The notes under the pieces are model-generated. The model searched no databases and had not been told where the DNA came from. It saw nothing but the letters and a program-made list of their open reading frames with translations. Made by a program: the position numbers and the translations under genes. This document shows, in pieces, positions 43,001 to 55,000 of a stretch of DNA of 64,000 nt. Position 1 is the first letter of the stretch. The number at the start of each line of letters is the position of its first letter. The stretch lies in the NCBI GenBank assembly GCA_964035545.1, contig OZ037771.1, positions 7,473,190 to 7,537,189 of the forward strand, read 5' to 3'. This stretch comes from Bugula neritina (taxonomy: Eukaryota > Animalia > Bryozoa).

Positions 43001-46000
43001 TATATTAAAAACCTCAGCGTAGTGTAGTTTAAAAACTAGCTGACAATACCCATTAATGCACAGTATACAGCAACTTGCCTTCCAATGACCTCCCAGCCTT
43101 TATAAGGATCTCTCCTTGATATATCACTGTAGGGCAAAGTGTACGACTGGTCATGTGTTTTTTTCTTCAAAGAGCTAGATGTAGCCCAACTCTTCCGGAA
43201 CTGAGCAGCCTGCAACCACAGAGTACTATCAGGTAACAACCTTGACACGCTGTGACCTTGACATGGCGTGACCTTTACATGTCACAGCACTGACATGTCA
43301 GTGCTGTGACATGTCACAGCACTGACATGTCACAGCACCGACATGTCAGTGCTGTGACATGTAAAGCTCAATGCTACACACACTACATATACCATAGAAA
43401 CTGACTAGGTACTAATGAAGAGTATGAAATATCTTGTTATATTAGATTCGTATGCTACATTTATTGGAAAGCAATTGATTACTTAGAGTATCATATCTAT
43501 GACCATCTAATTATTACATTTTTAAACAGGTCAATTATATCAAATATAATTATAGACTGTATTAGACTCTTAAAACTGAAACTAAAATGAATATCCCCTA
43601 CACTTATTTCAGTCAAATGGAGAATAGCATACCACAGTCATCAAAGAGAGCAACAAAACCACTAAAAGCAAAACTATTTTACAAAAACCACCAGCCATAA
43701 GCTAATTTTACTTGCTCAAGGTAAGCTAACCTTCCACGGAGACATGGGCCCTGCCATTGCCTTCATCACCATACCCTTGTCAGCTGTGTGCGACCCTTCA
43801 TAGCTGACGGAGCACGTGCGAGTGGGAGTTGGCAGCCGGTGCTGGTGAGCAGATCTCATGGGACTAGTAATACAGAGGGAGGTGGGGGAGGCAGGTGGGA
43901 GACAGCCTGGGATAAGACAGCATTTGCTGACACAAGACATTCACATTATCTAGTCTCACATACACTATACGTATTAGTCCTACATATATGCAACATACAC
44001 ATTATTCGTGCATAATGTCTTACATAATATTCATCTACGCTTCTTTTAAATAGCATTAATTTAAAAGATATGTTTTATTGCAAACTTTGCTGCCATCTTT
44101 CATTATAGTTATATAGTTATGAGCTCGGCAGTGAGAGCAATGAGTAGACAACTCTTATAGTCTTTCGTGGCGTTTTATAACATTGCACAAATATATAGCT
44201 TCCAGACATCTCAAAGAATAGCCTAATAATACACAAGTCTACATCTAGATGGGGTGGAAGATAGAAATGCCTACCATCCATGGAGCGTTGTGGAGATTGG
44301 AGTGTCTTTCTGTCCGAGTGTATACCATAAGTGCCAGGAGTCCAGGGGTTCCCCACAACTGGTGCCACATCATTTGTCTCAGATCTGTATAGGGAAATGT
44401 AGTATTGCCCTGCAAACAGTTTACTGTATTACTAAGTTCAGATATAGATACAGCAACATATCTACAGTCAATGAGCAATAACTAATCACTACATCTTACT
44501 ATGACTAGGTACTATACATAGTCTAGTGAGTAATAACTAATCACTAATCTTCACTGTGACAAGGGAGCAGCGGTGGTCTAGACTCTAGGGGTTAGAGCGT
44601 TTGATTAGTAAACACGAAGTCATGGGTTCAAACCCCAAAACAGGCCATTGGTGATGTTAGGAAGAGCATCCAGTCATAATTGCTCCTGTGCCTCATCTGA
44701 ATATGTCCTTAGCCCGATCTAACAAACACCGTTTCCATCAGGGGTTTCTCACGGACTATTAATAAACAAATATGCTACTATTCAAATGCTTAACAAATGT
44801 CAGTTAATGTACACATGCATATAGCTGCAGTTAATATATTATATAGACCTTTTCAGGTAGACACTATAATATACTGTAGTTATATATATGTTTTCTATAG
44901 TTCCAGGGTATTGCATGCAGCTTAAAGTTGATTGGCTAATAACTTCAATCAATAGGAAATAATTATTAATCTAACATTTTCTAATCTTTATCTAGTTTGT
45001 TGCCTTCAATTAAATCTCAAAAAAATACCAAGCTAGAAATAATGTCAAAGCTTTGCTAAATGATTTATAAAAAATATTTTCTATAAACTATAAACTTTCG
45101 TGAGTTTTTCTTAATCCTCAGTGTGAGGAGGCAGAAAGGAAAAAAATAACGCACCTTGGAGAATGTCTAGGATTGCCTGCTCATTTGCCTTACTGGCTGA
45201 ACGCGTGCAAGTGACGTCTGCAACAGTTTGCTGACTGTTATTAGTCCGAGTGAGATCTATCGCAGGTTCGTTGACCAGCAGGGCTACCATGGACACGTGA
45301 CCGTACTTTGCAGCGAAGTGCAGTGGTGTCTCATTGAACTAAAGAATGCACAGATGACAATAAACACTACAAACAGTTCTTCAACCATGTCAAACTAAAT
45401 AAAATATTTCAAAACTTGTTTAAATTAAAAAATGAAAGAATTGAAAAACACATTTTAAAGAAATGTATTGACTTGAACTAAAATTATGAGTATTAGATTG
45501 CAGAAACTAGCTTGTGTTCCGACAAATAAATTGGGTAGAGTAACTATCTTTTTAAAACAATGAATACAATAAATTTAGAGAGCAAATGCTAATATAAAAT
45601 AACCCACTCCTTTGTCAGGTGTATTGAGGTAGAGGTCTAAGGTGAAGGACATTCTGCTGAGTCTGCTCTCACTGGTGTCACTAGGATAGAGTTTAGCAAA
45701 GAATTTGGGGTCATTGAGGTAGTTGAGTACAAGTTCTGCTATGTCTGCTTGTCCTTTGATGGCTGCTGAGTGTAGACTGTTATATCTGTATCTCTCCTGT
45801 AAGCATACATTGAGATATAAAGACATATGTACATTATATATACTTACACAGGTACATACATACATATATACTTACACATGTACGTACATACATACATATT
45901 TACTTACACATGTACGTACATATACACACACGATACATACGTAGATATATAGAGACATATACATACATATGTACTTACAGATATACATACATACATACTT

Positions 46001-48015
46001 ATATACATATTATATACATACATACATACATACACACACACAGACATATTTACATGTACACACATATATGTATACAGACACGAGACACCCAAAGAAAGCA
46101 GATATATTGCAATTTAGAGAATAAAAATACAAGACATTATAATATGTAAACTGATTTCATCATGATAAACTGACTACCCCTCAGGTGCAATATAAGAGTG
46201 AAGATACAAGCAGAAGTTTATGTATATCAATACACTATTACTAACTGCTACTATCTACTCTGTACATGATACACTCAATATCACACTATCATTACCATTA
46301 GATGTTCACTGTTCTATTTAATCTACCATTAACCTGTAGAATACACACGACACAATAGTACAACTACTACCTGTAGAGTACACACGACACAATAGTACAA
46401 CTACTACCTGTAGAATACACACGACACAATAGTACAACTACTACCTGTAGAGTACACACGACACAATAGTACAACTACTACCTGTAGAATAGTGGGCGTG
46501 TCTCCTGCAGCTATGAGATATCGAGGGTTACTCTCTATCATGCTCCTCACGCTGTCAATATTCCCTCTCTCTATAGCTTGTCTCAACTGTACCAGCTGCC
46601 CAATTTTAACGCTGCCATACGGTAGCGTTTCGGTGCTGACTCCATTACTGGGGGAAGCAGTTTTTCCTCCAGCTGAAATCTAACCACCACTCTAATTTCA
46701 CACGTTGGTAATTTAAGTGTTAATGAAACTTTAGCCCCTAATTAAGGTCGTTTACTTCTTAATTCATAAAGCATGTATGGGGCAGCCATGTTGTCTATAT
46801 GTGAAGACAGCTTTCAACAGATGGGACTGGTCAAGTCCAGCATATGCTACAAGACACTTTTGATTATGACTGAATTATGGGCTACAAGTACCACCATTAG
46901 CTATTCACATCTACTAACCATCATCACTTTAGGCTTATTCAAAATCCGTATTTAAGCTGTATCACAACTTGCTAGCAAATGGCAGAAGGTTGATATAGAT
47001 ACTTATATCTAGAGTCCAGACTCTAGAGTCTAGACTATACAATATACTATGTGGTGCAGATGAAGCTGTGGTAAGAGAACTGGTACTATTTATACTACTA
47101 GAGTCTAGACTGTGAGACAGGATGTGATAACAGCTAATAGTTATATAATCAATACAGATATAAGGTTGCTGAACTTATTGAACCAACTATGGTTAATTGT
47201 AAGCCAGTTCCAGCCACTGCGGTTAGCTAACAATCCATGTAATAAACATGTTGTCACATTGCAATAGTAGAAAATAATGAGGTAGGAACAGCAATGGAGA
47301 TATTAGAAACCACATATAAGAGATCTCAGATTTGTTGGTATATTATGTGTAAACCATTAATGATTAAAATATAATAATATAACACTTAAACACTTTCAAC
47401 GAATATGATACACTAGTCAGCCCTTGTCTAACAGTTACATCCATAAGTTTTTACACTTTCGCAACTGTTAGTATAGATAATTCAACACAAGTGTAAGAGC
47501 TTTCAACAAAATGCAATTCAGTAAACAAATTTCCTTCAAAATCTCCATTACTGCACCTAACTGTACATAATACTACAATGTTGGGATCACAGTGATAGTA
47601 GAATATATAATCTAATTAGATTTTATTAACCCAGTTAAAGACTTGTAGAAAGCCACCAACCTGGGAGTTAGAGTTTTGTCTGGTAATGGACTGCTGGAAT
47701 TGTTCAGCCTTTTCTCTACTTAAAAAAACATTCATTCGGGCAGTTTTGACTTTTTTTAGAAATTGTAATGCCGCCATCTTATCAGTGTAGAAAGGTTCTG
47801 CAATAATTCAAGTATTAATCTAATATTTGGAGTACAGGAGCCAATAGACAATACAGTCTCATGACTAATGGTTTTAGCAATATTTAGAAGAGTGGCAGGA
47901 TGGTAGCACAAAGTTTTGAAAAATAACATGTCATACCAAGCTGCAGGCCTTCGGGTAGAGCGGTGCCGGGAGGAACCTGAACCCCATAGAATATGGGCGC
48001 ATCTCCAGATGCCAT
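40046..48015 (-). CDS. ANKLE2: Ankyrin repeat and LEM domain protein 2 homolog (no LEM or TM segment found)
   Basis: Exons approx. 47936-48015, 47661-47799, 46482-46680, 45609-45797, 45155-45338, 44275-44409, 43730-43906, 43079-43209, 42585-42750, 42202-42274, 41533-41985, 41226-41344, 40717-40848, 40046-40136. Motifs [88 protein letters not shown]. Confidence 0.92.
43273..43366. repeat. Nested palindrome of ACATGTCACAGCACTG units
   Basis: Terminal 27-nt arms are exact reverse complements; internal units alternate orientation. Confidence 0.9.
44563..44760 (+). mobile_element. tRNA-derived SINE, near full-length copy
   Basis: A-box-like TGGTCTAG...GGTTAGAGC and B-box GGTTCAAACC, then body CAGTCATAATTGCTCCTGTGCCTCATCTG...TCAGGGGTTTCTCAC shared with six other loci in the window. 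Confidence 0.85.
45820..46080. repeat. Degenerate (TACA)/(TA) low-complexity tract
   Basis: Direct reading. Confidence 0.85.
46334..46481 (-). repeat. 4 x 37-bp GTAGTAGTTGTACTATTGTGTCGTGTGTAYTCTACAG
   Basis: Starts exactly at an ANKLE2 donor site. Confidence 0.95.
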
Positions 48016-49319
48016 TATATTCTAACTGCAAAAGCATCGAAACATACACAGTGACTCCTATTAACATAGTGCAGAGCTATAAGTTAACAAGTCATCACAG
48101 AGATATTTATGGTATAAACCTAGAAGCTCTACGTATGCATGCATGCATGTATATAGTTATGTACAGTGACAACATACATGAAAATGGTTTGCGTAGCCAG
48201 CTACATGCCCTAATTGTTTACCATACGTTCGAATATATTAATCAGATGGGAATCAAAATGTATACTTTTTATTATACACTACTAAATTAATTTAAATCAT
48301 TACAGCAACTAATGGCTTTGAAAAGTCAATTTGGTTTCTATATCTACTTGCTGATGTAGAAGTTTTGAGACCAAGTAAAATAACACATTGCAAATTAGAT
48401 GGACAAAGATCCTACTCAGTTGTTTCTCTAGTTGCTGTTTCATAAAATGGGAAAAAAGGTGAAAGAATAACCTCTTTTTTCAAACTTAAATAGTTTTAAA
48501 CTTACTTAGCGTATTAATAAGTTTTTATGCCCGCTCACCAAAGAGCAATTGTAACTGAAGGGGGCTAAATTAAAATGTTTGATTTAGATATAACTAGTAG
48601 ATTTATAGTCTGCATCATGAGAGACTGAAGTAGGAGATTAACACAGTAGCCAATCCTTTTTAATATCAGCTAAAATAAAAATGTGGAGTATATAAATTGT
48701 AAAATAGATGACAAAAATCGCCAGATTTTGATTTTGTAACAACTAAAACCTAACTAACATTACATATGTTACAATTCATATATATTATATATATATTTTT
48801 TTCAATACTATATCATCAACTATTAGTATTACTATAAGTATAATTATAAAAGATAGTACTAATTTAAAATATTCTTCTCAATAATAATATCAATTATAAT
48901 AATTTAAATCGCACTTACACTTTCAGTAGAACTAAAAGTAAAAGTAAATATTATTAAAAATAATATCAAAATTCATTTAATTTCATATTTAAAAAATTTC
49001 AATTCTGACTGCACAACAACTTGAACTAATATTATCATTCTGAATGATAACAAAATGATAATCACTTTATGATAATGATATTCAACTTTACAAGTTATAT
49101 TCATATTGATATTCTATCACTATGTTATTGATATTGACTAAATTATTTAGTCAGTTACACTTACTGTTAGTGTTAGTATTAAATAATTAATATAATTCAT
49201 TGATTTTGAATGGTTGAACTTGATATTCATTTTCAATTTGAATTTCTGATAGGTGAATATTAATAATAATATTATCATTATGATAAAATGATTATGAGTA
49301 TACATTTATAATTATAGCT

Positions 49320-50030
49320 AACGAAGATAACCTCAAACCGTTGGCAACGAAGGATTAGGATGCAAAAGTTCAATTGTCTAATAAATATAAAATAATAGTT
49401 TGTTATTGTGGGATTGGAAAAGGAAACTTGTTAGGGTTCAAAACATGTTCACATTCGGCAACATAGAAAATTAAGAATTGTTTTATAAGCAGCTTCAAAT
49501 TGGGGTTACTCGGTGCAGTAGTTTGTAACTCTCAAGTTTGAAGTTGAGGGCTTCAACAAACCCCCAACTTTAAACTTGCAAACTCTAAATTATTGCTTTT
49601 GATAACCTCCAACTTGGCGCTTCTTATAAAACGATTTGAAATAACGAGTTCAAAGAAAAGTTTATATACACGAAGCTTGAATAAGAGAACGTTTTTAAAA
49701 ACATTCGCTTCCCCCACACCTAATAGTTCAAAGGCTATTTCCAAAGCCAGGAGTCTATGCTGGAAACACGTTTTGTATAAAAAAAGACAACTCTTAATTA
49801 GAAACGTAGCCGTCATTTTGGTGTTGCCCATTAAATGCAACTCCCCTTCCGTTTCTTTTGATGAACTTACTCACATTGCATTTCGGCAGCTTATTGCTCT
49901 GTTTATTATCAAAGCCTATCAACGCCTAGTGCACAAGGCGGAAATAGGCGTTGATCCAAATTACACAGTTAAATTTTTATACAGGAGCTTTCTACTTTCT
50001 GTACAGTAACGTCGATTGACAATGTGAGTG
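49320..50030. promoter_or_regulatory. Putative shared divergent promoter / 5'UTR exons of ANKLE2 and VSP
   Basis: Island with more GC and CpG between two very AT-rich blocks. A plus-strand donor GACAAT|GTGAGT near 50023 would splice to the acceptor just before the VSP ATG (52067). Confidence 0.45.
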
Positions 50031-50433
50031 ACTGATATAAAATTGGTAAAATTTACAGAAATATTATGTTTCATCAAATAGAGTAATTTGAATTACAATG
50101 CTCAGCACTCTGAAAGTTAATGATAATCACAAAGTCAAACGAAACTGAAAGTGAAAATAAGATCATACTCATAGTATTAGTAGACTATTAGTATTACTAT
50201 TAATATTAATAATCATAATGAATGATAGTGATCAATTTATCATAGTCATAATGAATATGATAACCAGTATCAATATAATTATTAATTTTATCGTAAGGAT
50301 GATTATTATTTTGATATCATGATGTCAATGATAAATGATAGTGGTGATTTCAACTATACGTCTATAGTCCTTATGATAATCATAGTAATCTACTTGTACT
50401 AATAATAGTACTATTACTATTAGTATTAGTATT

Positions 50434-50518
50434 AACATAGTTTAGTTTTGATTTTAACTTATACCAATACTACTACTAGTAGTATTGGTATAAGTTGAAA
50501 TCAAAACTAAGCTATGTT
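50434..50518. repeat. 85-bp near-perfect inverted repeat
   Basis: 42-nt arms, 1-nt spacer, 2 mismatches. Confidence 0.92.
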
Positions 50519-51026
50519 TGATGTTTGTATCAGTGTGAATAATAATTATAATAAGAATTATCAATGTTACCATCACTGCACGTGTTTTTTAAACTTATAT
50601 ATTAGGCTGCAGTCACTAACTCTAAGTCTTGTAGCCTGTCTTAAATTGTAAGCACAAATCTGAAAAAGTTAGTGTAACTTAAAATAAGAAACCTAAGCTG
50701 AAACTATTAATAGTTTTGAATTTAGGGCCATTTTTTTCTTTTAGTGACCTTGTAATGATTAGGATAAGCAATATACAAGTTAATATAAAAATTAAAGTTA
50801 TAAAATACAAGTATTTTTGCTGATGTGTTTAAAATTTGCACATCTCAGCAATAAAATAGTTTAATACATTGTTTCTTCATTACTAGAAGCAAATTACATT
50901 CTATCTGAAGCAATATGAGTGCTGAATATTAGGTAATGACAATTAACTTTGATTTTGATGGCATTAATTTCTGACCAACTGCTCACTCTAGTAATTATGG
51001 TCATGAACTCACTATAAAATAATTTT

Positions 51027-51090
51027 GCCCCCCCCCCACTGGGATTTCGAACTCGAGACCGTGATTGCGCTCACTCATTCATCTAGCCAC
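51027..51090 (-). mobile_element. Possible tRNA-like head of a second SINE family
   Basis: Reverse complement has TGGCTAGATG (A-box-like) and GAGTTCGAAATCC (B-box-like); no convincing cloverleaf; single copy. Confidence 0.3.
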
Positions 51091-52069
51091 TAAATTTTAC
51101 TTTCTTTAATTTTCTACATACATTCACAAACTTTATTATCTTGCACATTTACTTTCTCACTATCAATTTCATTTAAAGCACTATTAAATATGTACAATCT
51201 AGTTAAGTAAAGTAGTGATAGCTTTTATCTATAATTTTTTTTATAAAACTTCTGCCTCTCTATTGTTTTACTTTTTACCTACAGACGTTTGAAAAGATGG
51301 CGTTGGTAATGGTAAGATTTTGTTGCTCGATTTTGTTAGTAAAGTAGAGTATTGCAACTGCTGTTTGTGTTTCTTCACCATTATGACAACATAAGTTTGT
51401 GGCTTGTTGTAAATTTGTTTGAAGTACATGATGTCTAACTCTCTTCTTGATATAACAACTCTATAAAGTTTATTCCACTTAACTTTCTTCTCTGTCAAGT
51501 TTGCTGCTGCAGCTGTTTGTGTTTGCTCTACTCTATATTACCTCTGCTACCGTAGAGATGTAGAGAACTTGAGTTAGATAGTGCTTCTATAACATAGTCT
51601 CTTTTTTATTATCAGAACTGCTTCTATGTTGTAGTTTTGCCATGTGAGAACTTCTACATGTGTTGCAAAAGTTCCATGAAATTAATGAGAATAAATCAAT
51701 AAATGTGAAGATCTGTAGTCTTACACTTACCAAGCGTATGACAAGTTTTCAAAATTGATTTTATTTTGTTTTTATTCACTCTTTATGCAATATATTACAT
51801 TATTTTAGTTAGATGACCAGCTTTGCTAGTTAGCAGCTAGACATCATTTTGAGATTAGGTCTCTTTAGCCTGGATTCTCGAAAATTGTTGAGGTTGTTTT
51901 CTGATAAATCTTTTCTCATTTCTTTGGAATTCATTCGAAGTTGCCAATTCATTAGTATTTTGTTGCAACTGTTTGACTCAAGCTAAACAATAATTAGATA
52001 CATTGTAGTTGACTTTGATTTTCTGTATATTCAAACTATTCATTATTATTATTTTTTTAACTTATAGTT

Positions 52070-55000
52070 ATGGACTATAACTCAATGGATGGCGCTGCAG
52101 TAAACACAGACGTAGTGGTGAATGTAGGTGAAGGGTCAGCTGACTTTGGTGGGCAGAGCGAGATATCGGCAGCTCTTGAAACTAACGATAAGCAGCCCAT
52201 TATCCAATCACAGACAGCCAACACCAGTGCAGAGCTGGAAGCTGACAGTGTAACTGTTGATTTGTCTCCCAAGCCACTTGTGTCCGGTGTGCGAACGGCA
52301 GCGACGTTACGACAAGGTGTGTCTCAATTCTACCATGATGTGTGGCAATTCTTCATTGCATTTTGTCGAAATCAAAAACAAACTCAGTGTGTGATGATGA
52401 AGTTGGAATGCTCATCCGATGATGTGAGAATTGTCGAAGCATAGAGAAGACAAACCCAAATTCTGCTTTACTATTATTATGATCATAAATTTTATAAATT
52501 TAGAATCAACAGTATCAGCTTCATGAGCAAAGCAATTTTTTCGATGAAGCACCTATTTTCTTATTTCATAGAAAATTGTATATTCAAGTTATACTTGATG
52601 TATTCTCTTGTTTGCATTTACTATGAACTTATCTTTTATTTTCTAAGTATTTTAATGTATTTGTTGCTTTGAAATGGTTTTTAATCATTCCATCAACTTT
52701 TAATCAGTCTTTGCTCTAATTTTTGTTCTAGTTTTAGACATGACTTTAGTATTTCTCTGTTCTAAATCTTGTATTATGCTTCTAGAATCTACAGGGACTG
52801 TCAACGGAGACGTAATGGTGTGTGGGGTCGTGACCTCACAGCAAGCCGCTGTCAAACGCCGCCCTAATTCTAAACAGGATTCGGCAACAGCATCTTCTCA
52901 GGCAACAAATCTGAAGGATTTTGAGTGCCCTTCTGGGGACAGATATACTCAGCATGACTCCATGTTGGAGTAAGTAGAGTGTAGGATAGTACTACAGTGC
53001 TCCCTCTCTGTTTCACGGTTCCATAGGTCACAAAAAGGGCTTGAACCCTGGTTTTGTGGCTTCAATGTAGGTGTATTGACACAAATGGCCAAATTTAACG
53101 GAGTGAGTTAAATCTGGTATTCTACTATGTCACGGAATGAGGTTTCAGGACCCATAGCTTAGTGAGATATGGAGGGAGCCCTGTATTAGTATATGTTACA
53201 CATGGAGAAGTATATGAGATTATATAGTGAAAGCTACCTAATTGTGGCTGTGTATATGTGCAGGATGAGCAATCCTACACCCAGTGACTGACCTCTAATA
53301 TTATATACATGTGTTCTCACATCTACATATAGGAGTATATATTAATTATCTACAGTCTATTGTAAACACATCACTCTATGAGTTAGTCAGTTGATGTGTT
53401 TTCTACATTAATAACTAAGTTTATACAGATGATGAAATCAAGCTACTTTGTTTTTATGGTTTATAATTGTAGTTATTTATTAGTTATCTTCTCATGTGAT
53501 TTTAAGTCACTACAAAGTAGACATTGTATACTAGTTCAAGTCTATTTCCTGTAGAAACATCAAGACGAGTATCAGGAGAGTCATAGACCACATAGCATTT
53601 CGAGCCCTCACTATTATTCTCATCATCATTGATCTTTGTATCGTACTGGTTGCTGTCATAAAATCTGAGACCGCTGCCGACCCGGCTGATAAAGACCTGA
53701 TTGAGGAACTACGTCAGCTTGACTATGTGGCTCTTGTCTTTAGTTGTTACTTTGTGGTCGAAGTGGGTCTTCGCATTTTCTCACAAGGGTAAGATGCAAA
53801 CTCATGAGGTTGAAATTGAATAATGTACAAATATTTAATATGTTTACACCATTTTCTCCTTCTTGCAAGCTTTCAGTACCCAAATAATGATTGTCACAGA
53901 AGGAAAAAAGCAAATAATGAGAAATGCAAAACAAAATTAGCTCTGTGTGTCACAACTGCTACTGAAATCTGGAAAAGCTTTTTTAATTGTTTCATGCATG
54001 ACTGCACTATTTGAAAGACCACTTTAACCATTTGTTATCAATTGATGCATGGCATAGTTGTGTAGTATAAATTTTTATTTTACTAGAATTACTATATTAT
54101 TTTTTGTTGTTTCATAATTGTTTTAAAAAATATATTATAGGCTGAAATGTGTCCATTTGTATATGAATTATTGTTGAAACAGGATTTTCAAATAAACTAA
54201 TATTCTGTTCTCGGTAAAGTGTTATCAGAACTCTAATATTTTTGCTAACAAAATCTGATCAATAATATTTTCTCCATTGTAATTCTAAATGTCAATGTTA
54301 TTGCCATTTCAGGATTTGTCTTTTCATGAACAATTTTTAGTATTTAGCTAGCAGCGACCAATAATAGCATTATATGATAATGCTACTGCTTATAATATGT
54401 TGTAATTGTACCTTGTTACTAATAGTGTATAGTATATTGCTGTTGCAACATATTATACTGTAGCTGTGAAACTCAAATAAGTTTATCAAATTGAATACTG
54501 CTGGATATAGTATCTGATTACTGCAGTGTTTTGTTTTGTAGACCAAAGTTGTTCTTTCGGCAAGTGCTTGAAGTCATAGATTTCTTTGTGATCCTTGTTA
54601 CATTCATCGTGGTAGTTGTTGATCTCTCAGTAGATGCCGCTAACAATACTACCGACATTCTTAAGTAGGTTTTATATCACCTGTATGGTATAAATCTAAT
54701 ATTTCTGGTTTGCTGAAATAATTACATAAGAATTATCGATAAGTTTTTGCCACTGCAACTTGCAATTTTAGTTTAGAAACTGTTTTTCTGTAAGTATTTG
54801 AATATATTATGGTAGTGCTCTATTTTTAGCTGTGATCTATTTTTAGAGTTCTACAAGCATTGCGATTGGTCAGAACCATCAGATTTGGCATGCTACTTCG
54901 AGTTATTATAACACAACGCAAACAACTTATTAGATCTTCCAGACTCTTGGTTTCTGAAAACAAAAGGAGATTTCAAAAGGACGGGTTTGACCTTGACCTT

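Noticed and set aside
49553-50009. Overlapping 95-aa and 138-aa ORFs
   Set aside because: No recognisable domain; more likely promoter or UTR sequence.
51268-51498. 76-aa minus-strand ORF
   Set aside because: No homology recognised; lies in the inferred VSP 5'UTR intron.
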